From: Macrostomum hystrix
Lineage: Eukaryota; Animalia; Platyhelminthes
DNA length: 64,000 nucleotides
Reading direction: 5' to 3'
Assembly (NCBI GenBank): GCA_950097015.1
Contig: CATNEN010000029.1
Coordinates: forward strand, 4,216,001 to 4,280,000
A program made the translations under genes and the position numbers. Under the pieces are notes generated by a model. The model searched no databases. It saw nothing but the letters and a program-made list of their open reading frames with translations, and had not been told where the DNA came from. Positions 13,001-25,000 of the stretch are shown piece after piece (positions within the stretch are counted from its first letter, which is position 1; every line of letters begins with the position of its first letter).

Positions 13001-16000
13001 AACGAGTAAAGATGCTTGTATGCGTGAATCAATTGATAAATACGGCTCGTAATTTATGGTCATAACCCTCAAACGAAATTTCACACAGCAAAAAAGAGCA
13101 ACTGATCATTGATTTCAAATTTTATGTACCCCGAACGTAACAGTGGTAAACCAAAAAATCGACCGCTTTTCACACCCTCAGACCCCTTATTAACATATTC
13201 TACAGCCGCAAACTGACCGCTATTTCACACCCTCAAACCGCTTAAGCTAAAGCCTTTTTTCAGACCTTCTCCACCCGCAAACTAATTGCTATTTCGCACC
13301 CTGACACCCCTTGAGCTAAAGCCTTTTTTCACACCTTCTCCACCCGCAAACTAATTGCTATTTCGCACCCTGACACCCCTTGAGCTAAAGCCTTTTTTCA
13401 TACCTTCTCCACCCGCAAACTAATTGCTATTTCGCACCCTGACACCCCTTGAGCTAAAGCCTTTTTTCACACCTTCTCCACCCGCAAAATAATTGCTATT
13501 TCGCACCCTGACACCCCTTGAGCTAAAGCCTTTTTTCAGACCTTCTCCACCCGCAAACTAATTGCTATTTCGCACCCTGACACCCCTTGAGCTAAAGTCT
13601 TTTTTCACACCTTCTCCACCCGCAAACTAATTGCTATTTCGCACCCTGACACCCCTTGAGCTAAAGCCTTTTTTCACACCTTCTCCACCCGCAAACTAAT
13701 TGCTATTTCGCACCCTGACACCCCTTGAGCTAAAGCCTTTTTTCATACCTTCTCCACCCGCAAACTAATTGCTATTTCGCACCCTGACACCCCTTAAGCT
13801 AAAGCCTTTTTTCACACCTCCACCCGCAAACTAATTGCTATTTCGCACCCTGACACCCCTTGAGCTAAAGCCTTATTTTCACATCTTCTCCACCCGCAAA
13901 CTAATTGCTATCCTGATACCCCTTTAGTTAAGCCTTAATTTCACATCTTTTCCACACCCAAACTGACCGCTATTTCACACCCTCAAAACTCTCAGTGAAT
14001 CAAAATCAGTCTGCCCTCACCTCGTGCCACATGGTGAGCCAAGCAAAGCTAACCAGCTTCTCGGAGTCCCTAGCCAGCTGGCTAACCATCACCTTGGAGA
14101 CGGCCGTTTTCATACTGAATAGAGCCACCTCGACAATAGATACAAGAATGAATAGAAAGTCCATCACATCGAATGCGTTCTGGAATGCAAATTGAATCGT
14201 TCTCAGTTCTTTTCAATCCTAAAAAATAATTAATTTGCTTTGTAAGCCTTTTGACAGAGAAACGAAGTGTAAAAACTGGACGCCGTGAAAATATGTGTTG
14301 AGTGGAGCGATGAGTGGAATGCTGAGAGGGGTGTCAAAGAGTGAGTGGAGGGTTTAATACAGTGATTGGTGGCGTATTGATGGGAACTAGTCCATCCCTA
14401 CCTTAAAGTAATCACACTTCTGCTGATGCAGCTGGCACACTTCTCTGTAGATAAACAGCAGAATGCAGACGAGTGATAGGATGTCCAGTGCCATGTGCAC
14501 TATAGCAGCGGGTCCAACGTAACGATTTAGCGAGAAGGTCGAAACCAAAGGTTTTGAAATAATGCCGCCGCCAATGAAGAACTCCAAAACAGATGCTGAG
14601 TAGCTGTATAAATTTGTGTTCGGATTGTAAAGTAGGAATTCGACAAATACCGCACGAGTGCCAAGATCTAGCCAGCCAGAAGATCTCAACTGGTTGAGTC
14701 TGGCCTCGGCCTGTTCCCGGCTGTTGCCAAGGCTGGCCACGTAGCCGCCGCCGCCGTAAAGTGCCAGCAGTCCAGAATAGGGAGTGCCGTACAATCGGAT
14801 GGCGCTCTCGAACTGATAGGCAGACGCGAGCCAGGTTCCTGAAGGTGTCGGATGTATTTGTCGTTCAGTTAGGTGCTTTGGAGTTTTGGAGGTTTGGGGA
14901 TTCGGCATGAGGCGGGTTTTGGAGTGAGGTGGGCGTCCTGAAGATTAAGGAGTGAGGTGGGTGTCCTGAGGGTTTTGTGAGAGCTCCGCTGCTTACTTTT
15001 CATTTAGTGCAATACTGTATGCCTGAGCACGTTGTCAATTTATTACCTGCCTATCCTAGCCAGTATGTACATTGATACTGCTCAAATAATGTATGTACAT
15101 TGATGCCAACGTGCTGATAAAATAATATAAATGACCCGCGCTGCATGCGAGTGTGAGCGCGTACCCTTTCTGACAATTAAACTGCTGACTGATTCACTCG
15201 ATTCTTCACAGGTTTTGGTGTGAGGTGGGTGTCCTGAGGGTTTTGGCGTGAGGGGGCGTCCTGAGGGTTTTGGCGATGGCGTGAGGTGGGTGGGTGGGTC
15301 CGGATGGTTTTGACGTGATGTGGCTGTCTTGAGGTTTTTGGCTTGGGGCTCGAGGATTGAGTCAGGAGTTGATTGGGGCTCCAGGATTGAGTCAGGAGTT
15401 GACGAGGAAGACGGTACGATCGTGTAATTATTGCGACATTCTCGAAGCCAGGGTGTCACTGGATCTTCCCAAAACCATCTGCCCTGCCACCCTGACCGCT
15501 GGAATCAGCCGCAGATATTCTGGCGGTCCAGTTGCCGCCATAGTCGGCCGTGTCCTCGTTCCACATCTCGTACTCCGTCCTACAGGCCGTGATGACATCA
15601 GCGAAGTAGGCTGACACCCGGCAGCGGCGAGTTGGCGACGCGCGCAGCTGCCTGAGCTGCAGACTGCGAGCCAGCAGCAGGTTGGCGTCGCTGGTCCAGG
15701 TTCTGCCGCCTCCCGTAGTGGTGCCGGTTCCAGCCTGACCTGGTAGAGGGTACAGCTGCGGCAGTAGGTGCCGCTGCAGGGCATCCAGCACAGCTGAGCG
15801 TCGATCGGCCTTCCAAAGTGTCGGACTTGCGCTGCTGTTATTTCTGGTGGATAGGGGCTGTTGGCCAGTGCCGAGGAGCTGCTTGACCCGCTGGTTCTGC
15901 AGGTGGGTTCTGTAGTCCTGATGGCTGTAGGCAGTTACCATGAGTAGGATTAGGAACAGGATGTAGAACAGAATGTCCTTGATGATATCCTGCATCTTCA

Positions 16001-19000
16001 GTTCTCGTTCTCTGCAAAGGATTGGACGCTTTTGCTTCATCGGAAGCGATTCTGAGCCAAGCCTCAATCCATTCACAAACCCCGCACTGCAGCCTACTGC
16101 CCAACAGTCACTCCAAGTCACACCCAAGTCACACCCAAGTCACACCCAAGCCACGCTCCAGTCCACACCCAATCCACACCCAAGTCACACCCAATCCACA
16201 CCCAAGTCACACCCAATTCACACCCAAGTCAAACCCAAGTCACACCCAAGCCACACCCAAGCCACACCCCAGACCACACTCCAGCCAACACCCACGCCAC
16301 ACCGGATCTCAAAGCGCAGAATACCGTTTCTCTCGCAGCGCCGCCAGTGAGCACAGGTCGGGCGGCGGCCGGCTGGCCCTCTTCCGTTTGGCCAGCTCGG
16401 CCAGCTTGTCCGGATCGGACAGGTCGCGCAGCGTCATCGCCTCGTGCATCGGCTGCATGCCGGAATGCAGCAGCGCCTTTGCCATCTCGTCTTCGTCTTC
16501 GACTGGCTTCTTGACCACAACTGCGTAGAACAGAGCCACAGCGACGATTTTGATTGGCTGAACCAGCACGATGGACTGCAGCAGGCCGATTGTCATGGCC
16601 GCCAGCCACTCGGCGGTTTTCTGTTCGCCGAGCGCGCCAGCGAACTCCACCATGAGGTAGATGGAGGCCAGTACGGAGGCTGCGGCCAGGCAGTGAGCCA
16701 CAATGTGCGACCACCAGGGCAGCGGAAATACGCGACGGGCCAGGCGACGTAAACAGGAGCCTGGAGAGCATGCAAAATATAGGCGTGACTTTTGAAAGGG
16801 CGAGGAGTGAGGTGGCTGGCCACGTGATGCTTTGGAATCGACGGGGAGTGAGGTGGCTGGCCACGTGATGCTTTGGATTGGGTGGGGAGTTAGGTGGCTG
16901 GTCCCGTGATGATTTGGAATCGACGGGGAGTGCGGTGAAAGTGCGGATGATGCTTTTGAATGAGCAGGAATTTAGCGATCGTGTTGAAAGTCGGGTACGG
17001 TGTTGATGGCTTGGCTGTGATTCCAAAATGTGTGAATTGTGGGTATCGCGCCAAATTCCTTACTTAGCGACTCGGATGAGGAAGTCTGAGGCTGCGTCTG
17101 AGGCGGCGTCTCCTTTGCAACGACATCCTCCAGATAGCCGTCTTCAACACTGTCAACATCCTCTCCAGGCGCCAGATCCGGCGACCATGGGTGCACCGTC
17201 ATTGCTGAACTGCTCGACCTACTTCTGGGCCTATTCTTGCGCTTGCTGTAGAGCAGCACAATCAGCAGGTTGATGGGTACAATGATCAGGGATGAGACGC
17301 TGGCCACGTAGATACTATGCAGGGTGAACTTCACCGGACCCAGCTCGATCAGCTTCGGACTTTGAACTTTGCTGGCCTGTCCGAAGAACATAAGGTTGAC
17401 CATCATCGTGGACATCAGCAGCGTTAAGCAGGCGGTCGCCCTCTGGACCCTGGTGAATCGTGAGCGCGGCGGACGCGTCACCACCGACAGCCAGATGTGC
17501 CCGTCCACGAAGCTCTTCTGGGTGCGCGTCCAGAACACGTTCTCGAAGGCTGTGACCTCTTCGACGCCAGACAGTGGGATTAGGCGGTCAACCTGGAGGC
17601 GAGGGAAATTAGAATACAAAAAATGGCGGTACTTTTTCAGAGATGCGGAGTTTTCTTATTGGCCAGGGAATTCGACCAATTCGGAATCATCTAGGGATTT
17701 GATGCCTCTGCTATTCATCCGAGAATTTAGTCCAACCCGCGATTTGACCAATAAGCAATTCCACAAACAGCAATTTGACCAATCAGCAATTCGACCAATC
17801 AGAAATTCGACCAATCAGCAATTCGACCAATCAGTAATTTAAGCAACTGGAACAGACGCTGGTTCCAAAAAATCTCGAAAATATATACTAGTCGCACCAT
17901 TCCGTCGTCGAATTCGTAAGCCAGCCAGCGGTTGCAGATGAAGTAGTACTTTCGCCCCGTCTGCAGATCCTCAATCATCAGCCTGGACAGGTACCAGGCT
18001 GGTGCAGTTCCACTGTTGTCGTGCCACATCCGGACAGCGGCCAGCGAGCCAAGGTGTACAGGGCAGGCCATCAGGAAGGTGTCAACGCCGGATCGTTGAA
18101 GTACGGGACGTCTAGGATCCGCCAGCAGGCGCGGTCGAGATTCGGCGAGGTCGCCGAAAACGGCTAGAGAGACGTTGGCTGAGGTTCCAGCTCCGAGTCT
18201 GGAAAATTTATAAAACCATGCGATTGTGTAGGCCACCCATTCTCAATGGCCATTCAGTACAGATTCTCAATGGTCATTCAGTACAGATTCTCAATGGTCT
18301 TTCAGTACAGATTCTCAATGGTCATTCCACAGGCCCTGCAGACAATAACCTGGCTCCCGTCCAGATTGTGATCTCGTAGCGGAAAGCATCCCTCGGATCG
18401 TTATCCATCAGCGGAGTGACGCCGACCAGTTGAATATCCTGAAGATCTCGCTTGCGCGCCCACAGAAGCACTATGCAGTAGAGGCACACCAGTGCCAAGC
18501 AGAGAGCGAACGCAATGGGGTTGCTGTCAAGAGACAGCCAAGCTGAATGGTGCACGTCGAATGCGATTGGCGGAACAAAGGCGGAGGCCATGAATGAGGT
18601 TGCATGCCTGGAGAAGCACTGGGTGGTGGTCGGACTGCTGCAGCTGCCGATCTACGGATTAAAGGATGTTGGTTCAAACTTTTGATACGCTTAGCCCCAT
18701 CCCTCCAGTGTCTTATCTCTCCCGTGTCTCATCTCTCCCGTGTCTCATCTCTCCCGTGTCTCATCTTTCCCGTGTCTCATCTTTCCCGAGTCTCATCTTT
18801 CCCGTGTCTCATCTCTCCTGTGTCTCATCTCTCCCGTGTCTCATCTCTCCTGTGTCTCATCTCTTCCGTTTCTCATCTCGTCTTCGCGTCTTACAATCAT
18901 GCCGTAGTCGTCCATCGCCTGGCTGGCCTGATTAAAGTAGAAGCAGCCAGCTGTGAAGATTGTGAACTCGTAGGCACTGTCCACGTATTGACGGGACCAT

Positions 19001-22000
19001 TTGCCAGGCCCGCTGCTGGAGTTGACGAATGCGCGAACTCCGATGTACATCGCCAGCGAGTGGTTCTGGCTACCGGCGGCGGAGGCGGTGGGAGGTTCGA
19101 TGTTTACACAGTGTTTATATATGCTTTTATTGGTCTGTTGGAGAGTGTCGGATTGTTTCTAATTGGTCAAGGGGAGTTTTAGTCGATTCGAATTGGTCAG
19201 AGGGACAGGGTAATATTTAGTTGATTCTAATTAGTTGAGAGGGAGATTGCATTTAGTTTATTCTGATTGGTTGAGAGGGACAGGGGTGTGATGGATTCTA
19301 ATTGGCCGAGAGGGTAAAAGTACATAGTTGATTCTGATTAGTCGAGAGGGAGAGTATGTTTAGTTGACTCTAATTGGTCGATTGGTATTTATTTGATTCT
19401 AATTGGTCGAGAGGAAGAGAATGCTTAGTTGATTCTAATTGGTTGAGGAAGAGGCTATTTAGTTTATTCGGATTGGTTGAGACAATTGGATATGTGATGG
19501 ATTCTAATTGGTAGAAATGGTAAATATACCTAGTTGATTCCTAACTGGTTGTTCCCATCAAATGCTTACTTTCCCAGCAGACTCGGCGGCAGAAAGCAGG
19601 TCCACGGATCCATGCGGCTAGGCCGGGCCTGACAGATCGGACCAGGAGGTGCCACAGTTGTGGGCGCCTGGTCCGTGCAATACGTAGAGTTGCAGTAGCA
19701 CCGCACCAAACCGCCTGGATCGCCGCTCGCCTCACCGCTTGACGAGTCGGCGCTCGATGTTTCATTGGAGCTGGCGTTTCCTGACATTTCCCCGGCTCGA
19801 ATGCACACCCGGTCGGGTTCGCTGAGCTCGCTAGACGCTGCTGACGGCGTTGTCGCTGCAAACACTTTTCGTGTGGCAGTGGTCGATCCACCGACTGGAG
19901 ATGCTTCAAAAGCATAGCAACGACAAAGGCTTTCAATAGATAACGGCTCCGCAGCTGCAAGTTCACCTCGACTGCTTCGGTTTACAGTGTCCTCCCAGAT
20001 GGTCGACGGAGACACTGACGATAATGCCGAGGACGCTGGTTCGACGTAGGAATCGGCTGAAGCGGCGGCGGCAGCAGCCGGGTCGTGCGGGTTGCACAAC
20101 GGAGCCGGCGAGTCCAAAGGTAGGATGCACTCATGCTCGTATTTTGCTTCGTCCGGGAAAAAGCGCTCGCGAAACAGCACCTGCGAGAAGCCAGGTCATG
20201 ACAACACCGATGCATATCTGGCGTCTAAGAAAGAAGCAGCACTGCAAAGAATGATGTCTGATCCAATGAGATCGTTTTAATTTTACCTGATAGCTAATGG
20301 CGAGACCAGGTGTCGTTGGCGACGGCGTCGGCGCAGAGGTAGCCGGCGATGTTGGGCCCGCAGACAAGGTTTCATTGCCGGCCGTCGGTGGAGCCATGGC
20401 AAGCCGCACAAAGAGGGCCGTCTTCTCGGCCACCTCAACCCGGTGGATACGCAAGGGCTCCGGCGGCCGGAGTGCCAGAGCAATCGAAACTGGCGGCGGC
20501 GCCTGATCCGAGCGAGTCTGCAGAAACATCTGCACCAGGGAGCGGTTGTTTAGATTCGCCAGTCGGACCTGGCCGCCCTCGGGATTCTCGAAGCTGAACG
20601 CGTACATGTTGGACGTCATGTTGGTGCCACTTTTGGCACCGGCGTAAACGTTGCGGTCCATGCGAACCAGCTGCGAGTCACGTGGGATTGCAGATTACCT
20701 TTACTAGCACACTGGTTCTATAAAAGATCTATAAACCGCAAATGAAAGTCGATTGAGGCCTGAGCAGGGAGACAAGAGTGAAAAAGAGGTCGTGCACAAA
20801 CCATGTGGCATTCCGTAGTTAAATCCACTGACGAGGAAAGGGACGAATACTAACTAGTATTTTCATCGATCTACTGAAATAAGGGGCTATAGCCTAGTGG
20901 TTATAGCTTTGGACTCGCGACTCGAAGGTCGGGCGGTCGATTCCTGATTCCCGACCTAACTTAAAATTGCATCAATTCACCCACACCCAGGTTAAGAGGG
21001 TGTGGCGTCCCACAATGAACTGCCGTACACAGCCATTCAGATGCACCTGTGCTGTTGGCTGCACAACTGACCCGTTTGGGACAAATGTAGTCAACTACTA
21101 TTATTGTCATTATTAGTTTAATATCGCTCCAATCTTACCAGCGCCAAGGTTTGCACCAGTGGTATTGACAGGTTGGGATTGAGCGAATACGGCACCTGAA
21201 ATGCATTATCGCCATCCTCCGTCTCCCGCTGGTCGCCAATGGTGAACTGCGAGCAGTCGTCCGGATTGGAGGGTCGAGTGGCAGCTACAATTTAAAATGG
21301 AAGCTACAGTTTCCTTCGATTGGCAATGGGCCTAGACTACTTGAGGAGAATGACAAATCATATAATGACCGAATTGCTTCCTCTATTTCCATTCTCACCA
21401 GAGCTCAGCAGAGCAATATCCCTCCTGGCAGCGTTCAGAGACACGCCCTTCTTCACCAGACCCATGGGCCGTTCGCCGATGACATTCTTCTTAGCGAGAC
21501 ATCGAACTATGCCTTCGGCAGCCTGCACGGAATTCTGCAGAATGGCGCTGGTGTTAGCGTCCAACTGTCCATTCGATGCTGTCGGCGTCGGCGTCGTAAT
21601 AGTTGGCGTTGTCTGAGTCGGAGTCGCCGACGATGGTTCGACCAGATCACCGAAGCCACCGCCCATGCTGGAATCGCTGGTCATGTTGGGCAGCAGCTGA
21701 GCTACGGCCTGCGACACGGAGTCAAGGAGGACGCTCGATGCAGAGAACACGTCCTCGGCTGTGACGGCGTCCTGATCGCTGAGATCGCTGAGCTCATCTG
21801 CGAGACCAATGACGCTCGACTGCGTCTGACGTAGCTGTTGAAAATTTGAAAGTAATAGCATGCTAGTGAGTACACGTACAAGCGCAAGCTAGAATAAACT
21901 GGCTATTCAAAAAGCTGACGACATGAAAGGTAAGCACAGCACAAGAATGCGATATCAATCACACTTGACAATTGGAATGAAGTACACCGTGCTAAAAACA

Positions 22001-25000
22001 CGTGACACCAAATCTATTTGAATGTGAACTAATCAGTGGCGATACTAAAGACGCTACACTGAACACACACGACACTGATTAATGCGGCACGCACCATCTG
22101 CTGCTGCGCAGTGCTGACCTCCGAACTGGCGCCAACACCACTCGTTTGACTGGCGTCGCCGATTGTCTTCGTGAGGCTACCCAACATCTTTACTGACCGG
22201 ATATCCGGTATGGCTCTCATCGAGCGTCTTGTGGTAACAATGTCCTGCAGTGATGAAGCCAGACTGTCCTTCATGTAGCTGGTTGCTGCTGTGGCCGCAG
22301 TGTCAGCCGCATCTGTTGTCCCATTGGAATCAGCAAAGCCTTGCACCATAGACATCAGCGAGTAGGCGTTCAGCAGGTACTGGTTGACGTTCCCAGTCTG
22401 CGAGTAGCTGCGAATGTCCATCATAATTGGACTGCGTTGGGCGATAGACACACTTGTAGGGTCCGGTACGCGAACGTTTACCCGCGTGGTCGAGTGCAGA
22501 CTAGTTTCGCCGACGCTGTCTTTCACTTCAATGCACAGCGTCAAGTCGTAGTTGTATCTCTTTAGACCCACTGGGAGCGTGCTGGGCTCCGATAGGCGGC
22601 ATTCGGTCTTGTCTGTGGGTCGGTCGGTTATTGTTAATGGTTTTGTATGGATCATATTGTCCAGGCACTGTTCGTGCTCGTGTGGTCACTGACAGAACAT
22701 TCTAATCATTCACTTCCCCGAACCAAAATAAAAAATTTCTCCGTTCTGATGTGGACCTGCCTTGCAACAGCCAGACGCAGTCGTCAGACTTTGTCGGCTT
22801 GTTAATCATTGAGAAGCCGATGGAATAGATAAGTGGCACATCCTCGTCATCGGCACCGGAGCAGTACACCTGGAAGAGCGTCAGGAGGCCAATGCCAGAC
22901 GGAGGAGATACGGTCACTCGCAGCGTTGACAAGTCGGGCGCCTTGTTGAAGCCGAATGGGATCATCGAGTAGCCTGTGGTTGGGATATTACGATGGGATA
23001 ATTTGTGTTGGTAGCTTTGTGGGCCAAATTTTACGTTGATGATTTGCTTGATGGATAGAACCAATTTTAAAGTAAATCGTTTTACTCATTTTATTTTAAG
23101 GTCGGTAAGTTTCGGGTCACGGCTCGCACTGACCTGCATTGTCCTGGTCGTCGCCTCGCCAGCAACTGATCCGGATCAAATGATATCCTGAAAATTTCGG
23201 CTGCGCAAAGAAGGGCAGATTGGAGTCGATTGACAGGCCTGTTTTGTCCACGCCACTAGTGCTATAGGAGACTCTCCTACCTGAAATTTTTTGTACTGTT
23301 CAAGCTGGCTTTTTTAAAGTTGAAATCTATGAATACCGCATCATTATCACGCACCATTGGTATTAGTATTGGTCCAATCAGTTTTATAGTACACAGTGTC
23401 GTTGAATATCTTGGAGTAGTCAATGTCGGACAAGCATATCTGATAGAGATGGCCGCTAAAGTCCCAGTAGAAGCTGTAACGTACGCCAGCCACCTGAGAC
23501 TTGATCTTAGCCTGCAGTTTGAAGCTCTTCTGCACATTCAGCTTGGTCATTTTCTCCTGGCAGTTGCCGCCGAAGGCGTTGGTTAGGCGCGATACAACGC
23601 CCTGGCCGCAGTTTGAAACGCATCTGTAAATGGCATCATGTCAGATTTCGTTTATACTCGTATTTCAAATATAAAAAGTCAATAAGAACGCCTACTGTGT
23701 TGGACTCAAACTCACTGTACGTCAACCTTTGGTGGAAATCCTGGGGTCAGCTTCAACTGAAACAGGCTCTTCATGGGACTCTTGTTTCCTGTCGCGTCTC
23801 GCATGATCAGGCTGATGAAGTGAATCTGGTTCTCGTACATCTGCTCCGTGTTGAGCAGCATGCGCACTGAGCTGTTCTTATCCGGCATGTAGTAGAAAAA
23901 GCGGCCGCTGGTGTCGTCGCCCGGATTTTTGAGCCAGGAATTGTATTCCGATCGGGCTAGGATGGACTTTACGGCCGGCACTGAGGACGGGAACCGCCAG
24001 TCCTCCAGTTTCAGATGCGGCAGCTGGCCGCGGTGCATCCAGTAGTTTTGAATGAAACAACCCGGCTTTGAAGCGAAGGACATTGTCTCCACCGACTCCA
24101 GCTGCATACAGACGTCCTGCGGTTGCTTGCTGATATTATAGATGAAGCCCTCATCCCACACAATGTACCTCTCGCAGGAGCGGTAACAGTACCACTCGAA
24201 CTGTATGTCGACTGTCTCACCGCCAGCTTCGAACACGTCAGGATTTGCTGAGCAGCTGGCGTCGAGTAGAAGCTGGGTGCCCCACTTCATCTGGGCCATG
24301 CCTGTGGCCGTTATAGTTTCATTAAAGCCGTCCTTGAAGTTCACCTGGATGCAAGGCCGCATGGAGGCTGGCAGTACGGTGATCACCACGAAGCTGCTGC
24401 CAGTGAGATTGCGCTCCTCAACCATCTGCATGCTGATGGTGAAGTTGTACTTGTAACCCATGCGGAGACTGAAGGGAAACACTGGCAGATTCTGCAGCTC
24501 AGCGTTTGATGTCTCGCGAATGAAGCCATTAGTCAGCTTGTACAGATCGTGATTGTTCACGTGCGCCCTGTACTGCTTAAAGAACTGATCCATCATTGGC
24601 CAGTAGTTTGTCCAGTTGTCCTGGTCCATTGGAGATTCCATTATTGTCCAGTCGATCTTTGTGGTGACATTGTAGCAGCTAATAGCAGCCTCGGATACCA
24701 ATGTCAAGTTGTCAGATCTTGAAACCTCCTTCTGCCGGAAGCCCTGCAGGTTGGCCCTAGGATAATTGCAGTAGTCCTTGGTTATGACCATCATCCACGA
24801 GAATACATTTTCCGAGACTTCATTAGCAGCGTACAGTTGAATGATGGCCGCGCCGAACTTGAAGCTGAGCAGCTTCAGAGTCAGCAGGGCTGATAGGTCA
24901 CCAGAGCGAGTGAAAGAGGCCTTGTACTCGCTGACGTACTGGGCGGTGAGATCCTCGTTGAAGGAGGCAATATGCTTTTTTGTAACGTTGTTCTTGTTGC

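Noticed and set aside
20883-20955. tRNA-like sequence (also 27595-27666 minus)
   Set aside because: It has boxes A and B but a poor anticodon stem, differing loop triplets between copies and a shared non-tRNA body, so it is a SINE head rather than a tRNA gene.
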